From: Botryllus schlosseri
Lineage: Eukaryota
Reading direction: 5' to 3'
Assembly: GCA_051294905.1 (NCBI GenBank)
Contig: CM119373.1
Span: 3,660,001 to 3,724,000 of the forward strand
Length of the DNA stretch: 64,000 bases
The translations under genes and the position numbers were made by a program. Shown here piece by piece: positions 1-13,644 of the stretch. Within the stretch, counting starts at the first letter, position 1. Every line of letters starts with the position of its first letter. The notes under the pieces were generated by a model. That model did not search any database, was not told the DNA's origin, and saw nothing but the letters and a program-made list of their open reading frames with translations.

Positions 1-549
1 ATATAAATCTAAATTTCTGGTTTTCCTGAAAATGCTACATGCGAACCGCATAATGCGAAACGAGCATGTTGTACAGACAGTTGCTATGCTATTCTCTTGC
101 TTGTCAAAATGAGTTCTGGTTTGATACGAATTGAACTTTATTCAAGGTCAAGGTTTTCGCAAATCCAGTATTTCTAATTCTAATCTGATTTAGAAAAATT
201 CAGTAGCTATAATTCCGATTCTAATATAAATTTTAAAAAATCTGTGTAGTTATAATTCTTATTCGGATCTAATATGCACAAACTGAAAATTTTATATTTG
301 TTCAAGCCTGCCGCCAGTCAACTATTTAGGAATCCTATGTTTTTTTCATATTGTTTTGGAAGCTGTGATGAACTATTAATGGCTCTGGGATGGAAAAATG
401 AATCGAAAGTATAATTCTCGTTTATCATAGAAAGGGGCGTACAATGTTATTAGTCCGAAAAACTAATCTATCATTACTCGACTCAAATCATCATAATTAT
501 TACTCTATTAGGATTTGAGAACTAGAAGTATCATGCAGAGCGTTGGTAA

Positions 550-1360
550 TATGTCAAAATAAGTCGAAATTTTGTCAAAATTGCAGCATTAGGTCAGATA
601 ATTGTCAAAATAGTTTACAGAGTCGAAATTTTTTTGCAACCTGCATCCTGTTTGTATCGTAGATTTTGCACTGTCGGTGAACTTATCATTTGACATTTCA
701 CAGCTTGTAGCCTACTTTATAGGCCTACCGTTGTAGACGGCCCTTTGTCTGCTCATTGTGAATCATAACGGTCAAATAAAACAAATAGGTTGACATGGTG
801 TTATGCTCAACGTACCACAATATCCTAACTGAAGCAAGACTGTCTGGGCATTGCAATAATTGCATGATTCTTACATCAAGAAGGACTTGATAAAATTTGT
901 GATGTAGACAACAAAATGAAGCAACACGGTGTGTCACCAGCAGTGTATTCACAACTTCAGTGTTGTCAGCCAACAATGGATGCTGTTGAACGTTCTTTCT
1001 CCACTCTTGGCAAGCAACTCGTTAAGGACAGATATTTTCTACCCGAGAATGTAGGAAAGCATCTTTCGTTGTTATACAACAAATTTTTATTATTACTACT
1101 GGATTCTTCATAGGCACAGATTTTGTTAAAAGGAAGTTTTACATGTAAAGATTTTTCAGTTTTCAAGTCAAAAAAGTTTTTTTTTACTTCATAAGGACAG
1201 ACAGTTCCAACCAGAAATGAAGATATGTACTACAATTTTAACATTAGGTGCAAAAACACCGAATTTGTATACACCAGCCAAAATTTTGTCGAAATTAAGT
1301 TTTTACAAGTGAAAAATTGTCAAAATTTAAATTATTTTAATTACAAAAAAATCTCCTTAG
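550..1360 (+). mobile_element. Non-autonomous hAT derivative (TAGGG-terminus family) carrying a decayed transposase C-terminus
   Basis: ORF 916-1113 contains QPTMDAVERSFSTLGKQLVKDR...PEN, resembling the hAT dimerisation motif. Homologous copies lie at 14609-15435 (reverse), 26520-27216 and ~53100-53772. Boundaries are approximate. Confidence 0.65.
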
Positions 1361-1842
1361 TAATTATATGAATGGGCAAGGTTTAGTGCATACGCGTGGA
1401 TTGCAAAATCGCCCATGCCTCTGTCATGCCCCATTGTGATGCTGTGATTCTGAGAGCATCATCGTCACATATTGATAACATATCGCCAAGTGGATGCCAA
1501 GAAACACAGAAATTGAGACAGACAGACCCATTATGAAATTATTGAACATTAAGTAATAAGGACGAGGACTGAAATGTATGCCACATTTAAGATAACACAC
1601 CCTTCAAAGTAAATTGAGAAACTCACAACTAATTTCAAGAGGTGCTCTATAGCGAAAGCCAAGATGACTACACCAAGGCAAGAAGCTGCAACAAATCATC
1701 ATTATCATTCAAATCCCTCTGAAAGTTTATCAGGAAGTAAAAAGTTGGAACATTAAATTGTTGATCCTGTCCCCGCAGAAATTACGAAACCATCAGTTGC
1801 TCATTGAGCGCAGTCAAAAGAAGAGATCGCTAGGCAACAACC

Positions 1843-3697
1843 ATGCATCAGATTGGAAAATATAACGTCGTCATTCTGCTGTGCATCCTTATTCAAACAG
1901 GTAAGTTTTATTCTGCAAGCATATTATGAATTGGAATATTGGCTGGTAGTGATGAATGAGTGATGAAACAACATAATTCATGGGATACGCATCAATCAAG
2001 CGTTCAGAACAATGAACACCTGTCGACATCTAGAATTAACTTGCAGTATCATTATGAGATATGATGTTTCAACAAGCAGGATGTTCAATGTATCCAGAAC
2101 ATTATCTTTGTTATGAATTAGGTCTTGCTATCCTCAAATTCCCAAGCTTTATGCCGACCAGTGTCACATATTTGCACATTCAAACTATACAATAATATTA
2201 GAAAATACCCAATCAAATGTATATAATCGGGTGGCTATTTTGCCATAAAACACTGTGTTTGATAATGACGATTTTGAAATGGTCGAAATCAGGTCGAAAT
2301 CATTTATAACAGTGAATGAGTCTACACTATTTTTACTGCACGATATTGTAATCCTCGCTGCAATAAAAATATATTCTTGGACACATGTTTCAGAAATCTG
2401 CTCAATGCGAAGGCACCCATACATAAATCCTATTGAGTTGTACTCAACAGAAGAATGTTACAAATTTTGCAGCACCTAGCCTCCAGCGCCAAGCCTCTAA
2501 AGCAGGGGTCACCAACACGCGGCCCGCGAGGTCCTATTGTGCGGCCCGCGACTTGGTTTAAGATTTCGGAAGAAAGCTAAGAAAACCATTTTGAAATGAT
2601 GAAATTGACTACCGTTCAACATATTGTTGTTTTTGTTGTTTCCAAATAAGCTATTCTCCGTTGCCCAACATCACTATCCGTCACAATAGCTAAAATGGCT
2701 GTGACGATGGCAACAGCATTCCATCGAGGGAGAATCAGCTAATATGAATGAGCAATTGAGCATATTGCCTTGACATGCAACGGCCCAAACACTGACAAGA
2801 CCGCGACGCTTAGAAAACGGCTCAGGGCTGTGGTTCTTGAGCTAGGGACGCGTCCTCCTTGTGGGAGCGTGAAAGCCTCTGACGGAGCCAAGGAGCTGCG
2901 TCCAGCTGAAATTTTTTTCGCGCTTGGCGCGATTTACCACATATTTGTAGTTGTTGCTCTGTGTATAGTATGGAATTCATATTATAGAACTCTCGTCAAC
3001 AGTCATACCCTTCCGTGCCGTCAAGCTATTCGTTGGGATTGCTAGCATTCTGGTTGCATTTTGTGATATGACAATAAGGGGGGCGCGAATTTTTTCAGTA
3101 TCACAAATGGGGCTGTCTAAAAAAGTTTGAGAACCACTGGCGTAGCGCTTCCCCACAATTTCAAGCTTTACGTGGAAATGGTCTTTCAGCAAGTAACGTA
3201 TCTTGCTGACCCCAATATCGATTCCTTAGTTGCTGAAAAGCGTTTCCAGGTATCCTGCACAGCTCAGAGTTCAAAATAAAATAAAATCGATGATAATGAT
3301 TTTTTGTTATATTTGTATTCCTTCAATAAAATATTACTTCTTTAGGGTCACTATACAGTTGTTAGGTAGCACAAAGTTGTACTGACGTAGAGTTTTAGAA
3401 CGTGGTTGCCTATTTATATCGATATAGAGTTCATGCGGCCCGCGGCCGCCACGAGATTTGGAAAGTGGCCCGCGACCCGTTTTGAGTTGGCGACCCCTGC
3501 TCTAAAGACAACATGTACGAATGTCGTAGAATCGGGAACTCGAGACTCCAAGACACTAAATGTCACAAAAAAGACAGATACAAGTCGCACATTTTCACTC
3601 AGCTTCTTCAATTTAACTCAACTGTCAAGAGATTTACTTGTCTTCGATACGGCACAGACGAATTGTCAAGGCGGCGAAGTCAGATTTCCATTAGGAA
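1843..3697 (+). pseudogene. Receptor array copy 1 (subfamily A): signal exon plus CUB-like exon 2 interrupted by a hAT element; downstream exons absent
   Basis: Exon 1 1843-1900 encodes MHQIGKYNVVILLCILIQT with a gtaagt donor. Exon 2 is split into 2480-2502 and 3508-3697 (ASSAKPLK/TTCTNVVESGTRDSKTLNVTKKTDTSRTFSLSFFNLTQLSRDLLVFDTAQTNCQGGEVRFPLG). The second conserved Cys is Arg. No exon-3 homologue was seen before the next promoter at ~4.85 kb. Confidence 0.8.
2503..3499. mobile_element. hAT (Charlie-like) non-autonomous element inserted in exon 2 of copy 1
   Basis: TIRs caggggtcaccaac / gttggcgacccctg; perfect 8-bp TSD ctctaaag at 2495-2502 and 3500-3507. Confidence 0.9.
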
Positions 3698-5068
3698 GTA
3701 AGTATATTAGGCCCTCATTGAAAGATAATTGTGGATAGAAAACTTTGTGGAGTACTGATAAAAAGCATTGTCTTCTCTTGAAGACATTTGATCTCTGATA
3801 TTCATATACGACGTAGATGTCGGATATAAATATGAAAGCGTAAATTACGAATGACTGTCATTCGTTCCGCGCAATATGAAGATGCAATCCCACCCATTTT
3901 ACAGTAATGCAATGGGGCTAAACCGGTGCTCCAACCATTCAGCCACGAAAACTGTCAAACCTTATAGTGATATAAGTAGGCCAAATGATTGGTTTTTTGT
4001 GTTTAGGGTGACCTTTGTAGATAAGTTCACTTCATTGTTGTAATAAATAACTTACTCTTACAATTTGGTGTCCATGGTACTTTATTTGGCTCAAGGTACA
4101 CCTTTACGACACAGAGACTGAGTCAAAACATCATGGGCCATATGTGTTCAATTGAATGGGGAGGAACACAGGAACTGGCGATGCATTGAAATAAATTCAC
4201 CACCTATACTGCAAATGGAAATTAGAAACGCAGTGCTTCATTATAGAACACAATTATATAACCTCCATGGAAATGTATCCCACATTAACACTAATACACC
4301 AATGCACTAAGGTAGAGTTGATCAGTTCATATGATGTTAGGATGAGTCTTAACAGTGACACTATCAATGGCAGCAAAACGTTATCGCAAACAGGGCCGCG
4401 CCACTTGCGACCACGTCAAATTACAAAAAACATCGATGCCATATTAGAGAGATTGATTTTGAAACGAGGCTGCAGATTCTCTGTCTCTATTGCCAGTGTC
4501 TATTGGAGATTCAGACCAACAGCAAACATTTTAAGTGCCTTAAATAGCTGGTTTGCGATACAGCACTTGAAGATTGCTTTCATTGCAACATCCATTGCAT
4601 GCAGCAAGACATTTATTTAAACTTACACTCTTTTCGGATACCCTTTTTCAAGAGTTATCGGCACACCAAAGGGATTTGAATAGATTCAAAATGTAAACAA
4701 ACAGGGAAAAGTGTAACGTAACAACAGAGACCAAGATGTTCAATGCACTCAGTTTCAACTGAGCGATTACCTACATTTACTTTCGATTATTACTCATCAG
4801 CACATTAGAAGATGGCTTGAAAGAGCAGCCCGCCTACGAGCAACGCCCCCTGCCGAGTGGTTCTCTTGCAGGAGCCAGGACGATTAGGTCAACACAGGAA
4901 GCTGCAGCACATCATCATTATCATAAAGTTGATCAGGAAGTGAAAATATGGAACATTAAATAGTTCTACAGTAAATGATTCTACAGCAAACATTACGAAA
5001 CCAAAGCTCAGAAGATATCAGTCGCTTTGTTAGGTGAAGTCAAAAGAAGAGATCGTGGAACCATCACC

Positions 5069-8000
5069 ATGCATCAGATTACAAAATACAAATTCGTCTT
5101 GATGTTGTGGATCCCTATTCAAACAGGCGAGTGTTTTACTAATACAATATGAATATTAATATTGGCTGGAATGAAAAGACAACGAAATTAATGGGAACGG
5201 TTGGTGTTACTAAATCATTAGGAACTTTGAACATCTCGCGGGATCTTAACAATATCGCCCAACATCACAGTATGAGATGAGATGTTTCGCCAAGAAGGAG
5301 GTTCTATATATTCAGAAGATGATTTTGCCTCACATATCCGAATTTTGGTGCATCCTGTATTCACTACCAAGATTCCGACAATAACATGTCAGAATGTTAT
5401 AGAATCGGAAACAAAGGCCTTCAAGACTAGACAAGTCACAAGATGGGTAGCAGTGGTGGCTTTGATCTCAGCTCTGTGAACTTGGCTAGACCTCCAACAG
5501 ATTAAATAGTATTCTAGGCAGAATCGCGGTGAACAAGTTTGCTTTTGTTTCTGCAATAAAGTTTGCGAACCCCTGATCTACACCAGAGTTGGACCAATTG
5601 TAATTTGTAATTGAGCTGAATGTAATTAATTACATTTTTCAATGTAATTGTAATGTAATTGTAATTGAACCATTTTTATTTTGTGTAATTGTAATTGTAA
5701 TTGTAATTTGACAAAAATTTTGCTCAATTACAATTTCAATTACATTAAATTGCTATTGAGACCTGACAAGCACAACATAAAATAATTGACTTATAATGCA
5801 TTCTCTTTAAATGTCGACAAGGAAATTGGTGGATCCATTCGCGGAAGCCCTTGACTGCGCCCTTGCGGGCGAAGTTTTTTTATTTTTACCGCTATGCTGA
5901 CTCACGATTGAATACGCCGAGAAGCGAACTGCTGAGCCGGCTAAAAGCAGCAGAATTGATAGTCCCATAGCTGGCGATCCAAGCGTAGAAATTTGATATG
6001 TATGGTCCTAATCGAAAGCTAGTGTCGCACTGATTCCGCAATAAAAGTATATTTCCAGGCAATGGTACCATCCCAAAATAGTCGTGAAAGTCTGGGAATC
6101 GGCATTGTTCTGAACAATCGCTGGGCGTAATTGATCATTGTTGTGGTCATGCTGCTGCGGCGCTCTCACTTTTCAGAACAGTCGGCCTTAAACGGCTATT
6201 TTGGAGCAGTTACATTGCCCTGACGAGATTTTAATTTGTAATTTCGGAATTAGTACATCAATAGCTTACGATAAAGAACAGATGCATCAAATTTGGACGG
6301 TTGGATCGCCAGCTCTAGGACTACAAAGTTTGCTGCTTTTAGCCGGCTCTGCAGTACGTTTGTCGGTGCATTCATCCGTGACTCACATCTTGCGAATCTA
6401 TCCGTGGGTTGGCAATCTACAATACGATTTCAGATCACGATGCTGCATCGTTACTTCGTCTGGCTAACTAACCATACCACTGGATATTATATAACGTCTT
6501 GTCTGACAAAGCACGGTTTTGTTTTTACTCCTCATCCTAATTCCTACGTCCCTTGATAAAAATAATATTATTTCTTTAATTATATACTATATACGCAATT
6601 CCAACACGTGCATATATTATAATACTTTTTTCAACGACATACTGCATACTGGTATAGTTCGAAAACGTTTTTTCTTTTTATCAATAAACGGGTATTTGCG
6701 TATCATGAATGAAACATGAATACTTGAATTGTTGTTTATTACGACGCTACGGTTGTCAAGGAGCACGGTTGAATTTATGATTATTCAATTACATGTTCAA
6801 CAGCAGCAATTGTAATTGTAATGTAATTGAAGCATGCAAGGAGTAATTGTAATTGTAATTGTAATTTGATATTTTTAGCATGGAGTAATTGTAATTGTAA
6901 TGTAATTAAAACATGCATGAAAGTAATTGTAATTGTAATTGTAATTGAACTGAAATAATGTAATTGATCCAACTCTGATCTACACCATGTATTGGTTAAT
7001 ATGGTGAATCCCAAATTAATGTAGTCATGTTGATATTTCGAAGATACAAGATACATGTCTGATCTGAAGTCGGATAAGGGTGCCTTAGGAAATAAACTAG
7101 AAATGCTGACTGTTGATGAATGATAAAATTGTTTACAGTATCAATCACAGACACAACACTAATCATAAGACTCTAGAAATGTTACTGATACAGTTGGATA
7201 TGAATCGATAAGTAGATATTAATGCTGCTCATAGTAACCAGAACTCGAAGTTTGTCTATTCATCATTATGTGAAATATGATACGGAAATGAACTTTTTCA
7301 AATGATATCGCTCAGGACTCACTGCGTCAACTTCGAAGTTCCTAACTACAACATGTAAAGTGCAACAAGAGGGAGGGATGGACTTCCGGACCATAAACGT
7401 CACGAAAAAGACTGGAGGAAATTGCAAATTCGACCTAGAAAGTCTTAACCTGGTCGACCTATCCAGAGATGTTATTCTATTCGATACAGCACGGCTGAAT
7501 TGTAAAGGCGGAGGAACTGTCAAGTTTCCTTACACCTCTCCGAAAAAAAGTTAGTACTCTTCCCTATTGTTCGGAATTACGCGTACGCCGGAAATTCCAG
7601 ATGTCAATAACTGCAACGTCATCACATCAAGGTCAACTCTCTTTAACCTATCCCATGCTTAAATAAAAGATAAGAACTGAACAATAAAGATTCGTTCAAA
7701 AATTTTTTTTTAGATTCCAAAGATTCAATAATTATATTGTTAGGTTGCCTAAAAACATGCTGCACACCATATTTGGCTCGATTTCAACCAGTAAAAGCAG
7801 ACGCAGAGCCAATTGAAAGTTTTGAATCTATTGTTAAAAAATACAAATTTTAAAATGTTACTGTCAACCTCAAAAGTGTTAAGTTGCCTAAAAGAACGAC
7901 GCATAACAATTTTTGCTCACTTCCACCCGGTAGAAGTGAAGTTACTGCAGTTGAAAGTTTTAAATTTGCAAAAATTCCATTGACAGTGGGAAAACCCAGA

Positions 8001-10546
8001 ATAATTATTGGAAAACTCAAGTAACTCCGCTTCTACGGGTCGGATTTGCGTCAAATTTGCTCTTCATCGTTTTCGTAGAAAAACTCAACAATTCCACGAG
8101 GTTAACAGTAAATTTTTTTAAATATAGAGTATTTTTATTGTTATAATTAATAATAAATATCAATTGGCTCTGCGTGGGCTTCTACTGGTATGAATTGAAC
8201 TAAATTTGGTGTGCAGAGTTATTTTAGGCAATGTAACAATTTATTCTGCCAATCCCCGGTAACCGAAAAAAAAAAGTTATTTCTAATGACCATACTAGAC
8301 AAGGTAGTCAAGCCTCAATCACGACGTCATTCTCAATGGGTAATCTGCTTTATAGTTACTTTATGACATAATGGACCCAGTTTACAAACCCCTGATTTAG
8401 ACCATTGCTTTTCAACATTTTCGGTTCAAATAACCAACTCTCAAAGTTATTGTGATAAAGTCAAACACCGTGTTCACATGACGGGTAAACTGAGGGAAAA
8501 AGTGGCAGGAAAAATCTTTATGCATATCATGATGTCAATTAATCCGAGAGCTGCCAGTAACAATTCAACTATAGCGCTTGGTAATATATCTTGTCATAAA
8601 ACAGCATTCAAACAAGACCAAATAGAGGCTATTTGATGACCGTCCTGATGTTGTACATTATCAACAAATATATATCAGTTGAAACCTACATATTGCTGCA
8701 GTATTTACGGCCACATAGCACCAACAGGCAGAGTCCTTCTTCAAAGTGAACAGACGATTCGAAAATATGAAAAGATTTCCATAAAAATCAGTTAGTACCA
8801 CAACCGTGTCATGACGGTCCGCATTCAATTGCATACAAAGGATAACACTGGCTCATACATATGTAGGATGGATCGGGGCATATATTGTAATTACATTACC
8901 AAAGTGTCTTTAATGTTTAAGATTATGAAACGAGGAATTATTGCAACAACATTGTGGGAGAATGTATGGTGTACAGAAGATTCCTCAAGACCTATCCCAG
9001 GGAAGATGTATTGGGAGTGGTTCGCGGCCAGTTTCCAAATTGTACCAGCTACGTCATCAGGCCGAAATATAAACGGGACATAATCGTAACAAGATCAACT
9101 ACAGCCTTAACCCTAAGATACAAGCTTTTCAGTATTCCAACAGCAACAACTGCATCTTCTCGAGTTTTCGCATTGGCTGATAACATAGACCGTTCCTTGA
9201 CAACAGGTAAGGATGCTATAGAATTGGTCATTTAGAATTAAGACAGGTACGTTAACATTTCAGCATCTCTTATTCCGAATCAGGAATTACTAACGTAATT
9301 TAGTGAATTGTCGATACAAATTTGCCATAAAAATATGGGAGTAGTACTGTTCAGTCTTCATAGAGGATAAGCGATTCACAAAATATCTTCGTTTTAGTTT
9401 CACAAAGCTTACCACAAACGGATCTCGAAACAGTGACAAACATAGGACAAAGAGCAAAGGGAGTAGACACAACAGCAATACCAGATGTGGAAAAAGACAC
9501 CATCTCTTCTACTTTGACAAGTAATAATCTACAACCTACGTATAACACATCAAAAATAAAACAGGCCAAATAATCAGCATCCGCGACAGTAGCAGTAGAC
9601 TTTAGATTATCAAGTTTTTCATGTACATAACTGTATTTTGAATATTTCTGATTGTGAAACTTTCATTGGAGCTTGGCTAAAATTCGTAACGTATCAGGTG
9701 AACACAAAAAGTAGATGTATGTGCTGTGCAACCGGACACATACTGTTCCAATGAATGGTTTATCTTTGTCACAGCTCCCGCCGACGTATCACAAACGAAA
9801 AATGGACCGGTCACAGACGGAAAGCCCACAGAACAGGGAGAAGGCACAAGAGCAGTGCCGGATGAGAAGACAGACGTCACTAAAGCCACACAGTCGGACG
9901 TATCAAGTTTGTATTGAACTTCTTCTTGTGATAAGAGTGAATTTGACTGTTTACCATAGTAACTGATTTAATACAGTGGCTCTATTACTCTGTGAAATTT
10001 CAGTTTTGACTTTTGTAAGGCTATAAGTGACATATAATAATATGTGCGCTTTCCATTCTAATATATTAACTTTTGTAAATGGGAAAATAAGGGGAGAAAA
10101 GTGTCATATCGTTAATACGGTGGCATAATATTTCGGAAAACCAATATTGGTCGCGACATAAATCTGTGATGTTGGGGACAGCCAGAGTAAATTTATAGCT
10201 AAATCTATTCCAAAACTCTGTATAATCCAGGATATTACTTTAGATCTCGAGTCGACCTCGAGCCAACAACCTGCTGCAACTGAAAGTTTGATGTCGAAAT
10301 TAACTGGCGGCCAGATCGCAGCTATTGCCGTACCTCCGGCATTGGGAAGTCTTGCGATTCTGTAAGTAGTCCAAAATTCAAACGATATCACCTTGAAGAG
10401 ATATGAGTAAATTCTATTTTCATAGAGCAAGTTTGATACTGAGCAGACGAAGAAACGGGATAATTCATCGTCACGCAAGGATAATGTCTCTCGATAGGAA
10501 GGAAGAAACCAAAGTACAGCCCGGCCAACAAATTACCTACATGTAG
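5069..10546 (+). CDS. Receptor array copy 2 (subfamily A), ~356 aa type I membrane protein with a CUB-like domain
   Basis: Exons 5069-5126 (GC donor gcgagt), 7316-7549, 8922-9206, 9398-9520, 9775-9906, 10244-10361, 10426-10546 join in frame. Signal peptide MHQITKYKFVLMLWIPIQT; 6 Cys; two stalk exons; TM GQIAAIAVPPALGSLAILASLIL; tail ends QQITYM*. The exon 4 donor is the least certain boundary. Confidence 0.8.
5358..5514 (+). pseudogene. Decayed duplicate of exon 2 within intron 1 of copy 2
   Basis: TTKIPTITCQNVIESETKAFKTRQVT...(frameshift)GFDLSSVNLARPPTD* aligns with copy 4 exon 2 (TAKMKTTCKGAVETGTQDFKTINVT...GFSLSSLNLARLSKD). The acceptor tag is replaced by ctg, and the 3' end is cut by transposon sequence. 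Confidence 0.7.
5584..6977. mobile_element. hAT non-autonomous element with (aattgt)n subterminal arrays
   Basis: TIRs cagagttgga / tccaactctg; perfect 8-bp TSD atctacac at 5576-5583 and 6978-6985. Confidence 0.88.
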
Positions 10547-12338
10547 CTGAAAGTTGTGAACTGGGTTGGATAGTGTGAGCAGCTTTACTCATCCTGATGA
10601 TACTGTAATTATGATGCTGAATGATGACATGGTACTTGGCGATATCAGAATCAACAGAAAAAACCATTTGGCGTTGAAAACTCTATAAAATTTTAGACGG
10701 GTAAAATAAGTTGTTAGCATTATTGTATTTGAACAAATGACTGGTGGTAGTTAATGGATATTTCTACTACAGTCATTACAGCATAATTTATTTAACTCAA
10801 ACAATTGCAGCATGTCACTTGCCAAGAATTGACAGCACAATAATACTGTATTTCTACAAAGACAAGCCAGCAGCTTGGTTCAAATAGCTTTCCGATTTGA
10901 TCTGACAATCTATGCATGGCCTAAAAAATGTGATAGCACCTGATCAAACTATGCCGACCGTCAGGTACTGCGAGCCTAGTTAGATTATGTACAAATTTTC
11001 TCCGTTTTTGTCAAGAATTTTTGGGAGAAAATTGTATTGTTGCTTTTGTTGCTTGTCATCAAGCCCGGGTGTTACAAATCTGTTGTCAGACATGCTAAGT
11101 CAATCATCTCTTGTTTTTAAGCAACCCTGATATCTCTATCATTGTCAACATATATTTAGTACTTACACACTCAAGTGAATCATTGCTTATAAAAACAGGA
11201 GCTTGAACCCCTTCAGTATTTGGTGAGACATGTACAAGACTATTTGATCGTTTACGTTGATATACATTGGCACATCTTATTGGCCTTATCTATTCATAGA
11301 CAATTATGACCAATAGAACAGGTCAGGAACAGGTCATTTCAAGTAACAGTTGTTCATAAGTGTATGGCAGTTGCCCTTATTATATTTTGCTTTTGGAGCT
11401 TGCCAATTGCGTGGGAATTCTCTCCTGTTTGCGATCTATGAATGTTTGTGTATCAATAAAAGCTATCGACAGAAGCAAACCGCGTTGCTTAACGACATGA
11501 ATGAAAAATATATCGCTGGCTGCAACTGATATGTGCCTAACATTGTGGATAGTTTTACTCACTGCCAGGTCGACTACTGACAGTGTCCTATTGAAAAATC
11601 CACAAAATCAGTATTTGATTGTAGATCAGGCATTTACTGTAGACAGCAGAAATATAATTGCATCCAGACAGGCCGAGCAGGAAATAGTAATGTTAAAAGG
11701 AATAAAGAAGCAGATATTACACCTCTATGTGTTAAGTTCTCTGATGATTCCCCCGTTGACTGATTAGACCAATTAAAGTGAAATGTCTCTGCTCTTATTA
11801 TAATTCTAATCTATGAAATACTTCTATGCTACCGTATAATTTCAATTCAAATCTAATTTCTGCTTTTCCTGACAATGTTACATGGGAACTGTATAGTGCG
11901 AAACGAGCATGATGCACAGACATTTTCTATTTTCATGCATACGAGGATGAGTTCTGGTTTGATACGAACTGAACTTCATTCAATATCGAGGTTTTCGCGA
12001 ATTCAGAAATTCTAATTTCAATCTAATTCGGAAAAAAATGAGTAGCTAAAATTCCAATTATAATCTAATTTGGAAACGATGTGCAGTTATAATTTTAATT
12101 CCTGTATGTATAAAAATGTATAGCTATAATGCTAAACTAATTTGGAAAACCAGAAAAACTGCTAGTTGTCCTAATCTGCCGCCAGCCATCTATTTAAGAA
12201 TCAGCGTAATTAGTACTTGATTTCAAAGAAGAATCATGTATGTGCCATACAAAGCAGGAAAAGTAAGAGTTGCCGACCAGCACCGATTGGCCGGGTTTCT
12301 TCAATTTATAAGTTGGGACAATGGTGACAAGATAAGAT

Positions 12339-13262
12339 GATTACCAGTGAACCCAGCCGTCGGTAAACCCAGCCCTCGATAAACCCAGCCCTCGGTGAAC
12401 TCGGCCCTCGGGAACTTTTGTAATTAAGTGTATTAACAAGTATTATTATGAATTATTAAACTAATAATGTTATTATCAACTGATTTGTCGATCTTGTAAG
12501 GAGGTCAGGGCATGTGTAGATCACGCAGTCATTGAAATGCGATGCGTGCAGCATGTGGTGCCACATTGATTGTGGGCTTACCAGTGAACTCAGACCTCGG
12601 TGAACTCAACCCTAATATCCCCCCTCCCCCAACCCTAATATCCCACCTCCGGCAACCCTAATATCCCACCTCCACCAACCCTAATATCCCCCCTCCCCCA
12701 ACCCTAATATCCCACCTCCGGCAACCCTAATATCCCACCTCCACCAACCCTAATATCCCCCCTCCCCCAACCCTAATATCCCACCTCCGGCAACCCTAAT
12801 ATCCCACCTCCACCAACCCTAATATCCCACCTCCGGCAACCCTAATATCCCACCTCCACCAACCCTAATATCCCACCTCCACCAACCCTAACATCCTACC
12901 TCCGCCAACCCTAATATCCCACCTGCGGCAACCCTAATATCCCCCCTCCCCCAACCCTAATATCCCACTTCCGGCAACCCGAATATCCCACCTCCGGCAA
13001 CCCTAATATATCCCAGTAAGTATGTAAGTAAGTGAGCGTCGCGTTATCTCCCCCGCACGCTTGTATAGTATGTGAGCGTCGCGTTATCTCCCCCGCACGC
13101 TTTGTGAAGTATGTGAGCGTCGCGTTATCTCCCCCGCACGCTTGTGAATACAAAATTTCCCGAGGGCCGAGTTCACCGAGGGCCGGGTTCACCGAGGGCT
13201 GGGTTTACCGAGGGCTGGGTTTGTAAGGCTGGGTTTACCGAGGGATGGGTTCACCGGCAACC
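12339..13262. mobile_element. Foldback-like element with tandem-subrepeat TIRs and an internal minisatellite
   Basis: Left arm (gtgaacccagccctcg)n and right arm (cgagggctgggtttac)n are inverted. Direct repeat gataagat(g) lies at 12331 and 13263. Confidence 0.8.
12608..13012. repeat. ~22-23 bp C-rich minisatellite aaccctaatatcccacctcc(ggc/acc) containing CCCTAA
   Basis: Tandem units are directly visible, followed by three ~40-bp units gtgagcgtcgcgttatctcccccgcacgctt at 13032-13143. Confidence 0.92.
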
Positions 13263-13644
13263 GATAAGATGTTAATCTTTCACAATCACAATGCAGCTTT
13301 CCGGTACCAGAAAACTAGACGCACGGACCCATTACACAATTATTGAACACTAGCTACTAATGACCAGGATAGGAATGTATGCCGCATTCAAGATAAAACA
13401 CCCTTCAACGTAAGTTGAGAAACTCACAACGAATATCAAGAGGTGCTCTATAGCGGGGAGCAAGGATGACTACACCAAGGCAGGAAGGTAGAACAAATCA
13501 TCATTATCATTAAAATCCATCTGAAAGTTTATCAGGAAGTGAAGAGTTGAAACATTAAATTGTTGATCGTGCCGCTGTAGAAATTTTGAAACCATTAGTT
13601 GCTCATTGAGTGCAGTGAAGAGAAGAGATCGGGGAACAGCGACC

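Noticed and set aside
4267..4620. 117-aa ORF as the missing exon 3 of copy 1
   Set aside because: No similarity to the exon 3 motifs (NYC, FPxC, TLRY) of the other copies.
12608..13012. True telomere or CRISPR-like array
   Set aside because: CCCTAA occurs once per 22-23 bp unit inside a TIR element; there are no unique spacers and the DNA is eukaryotic.
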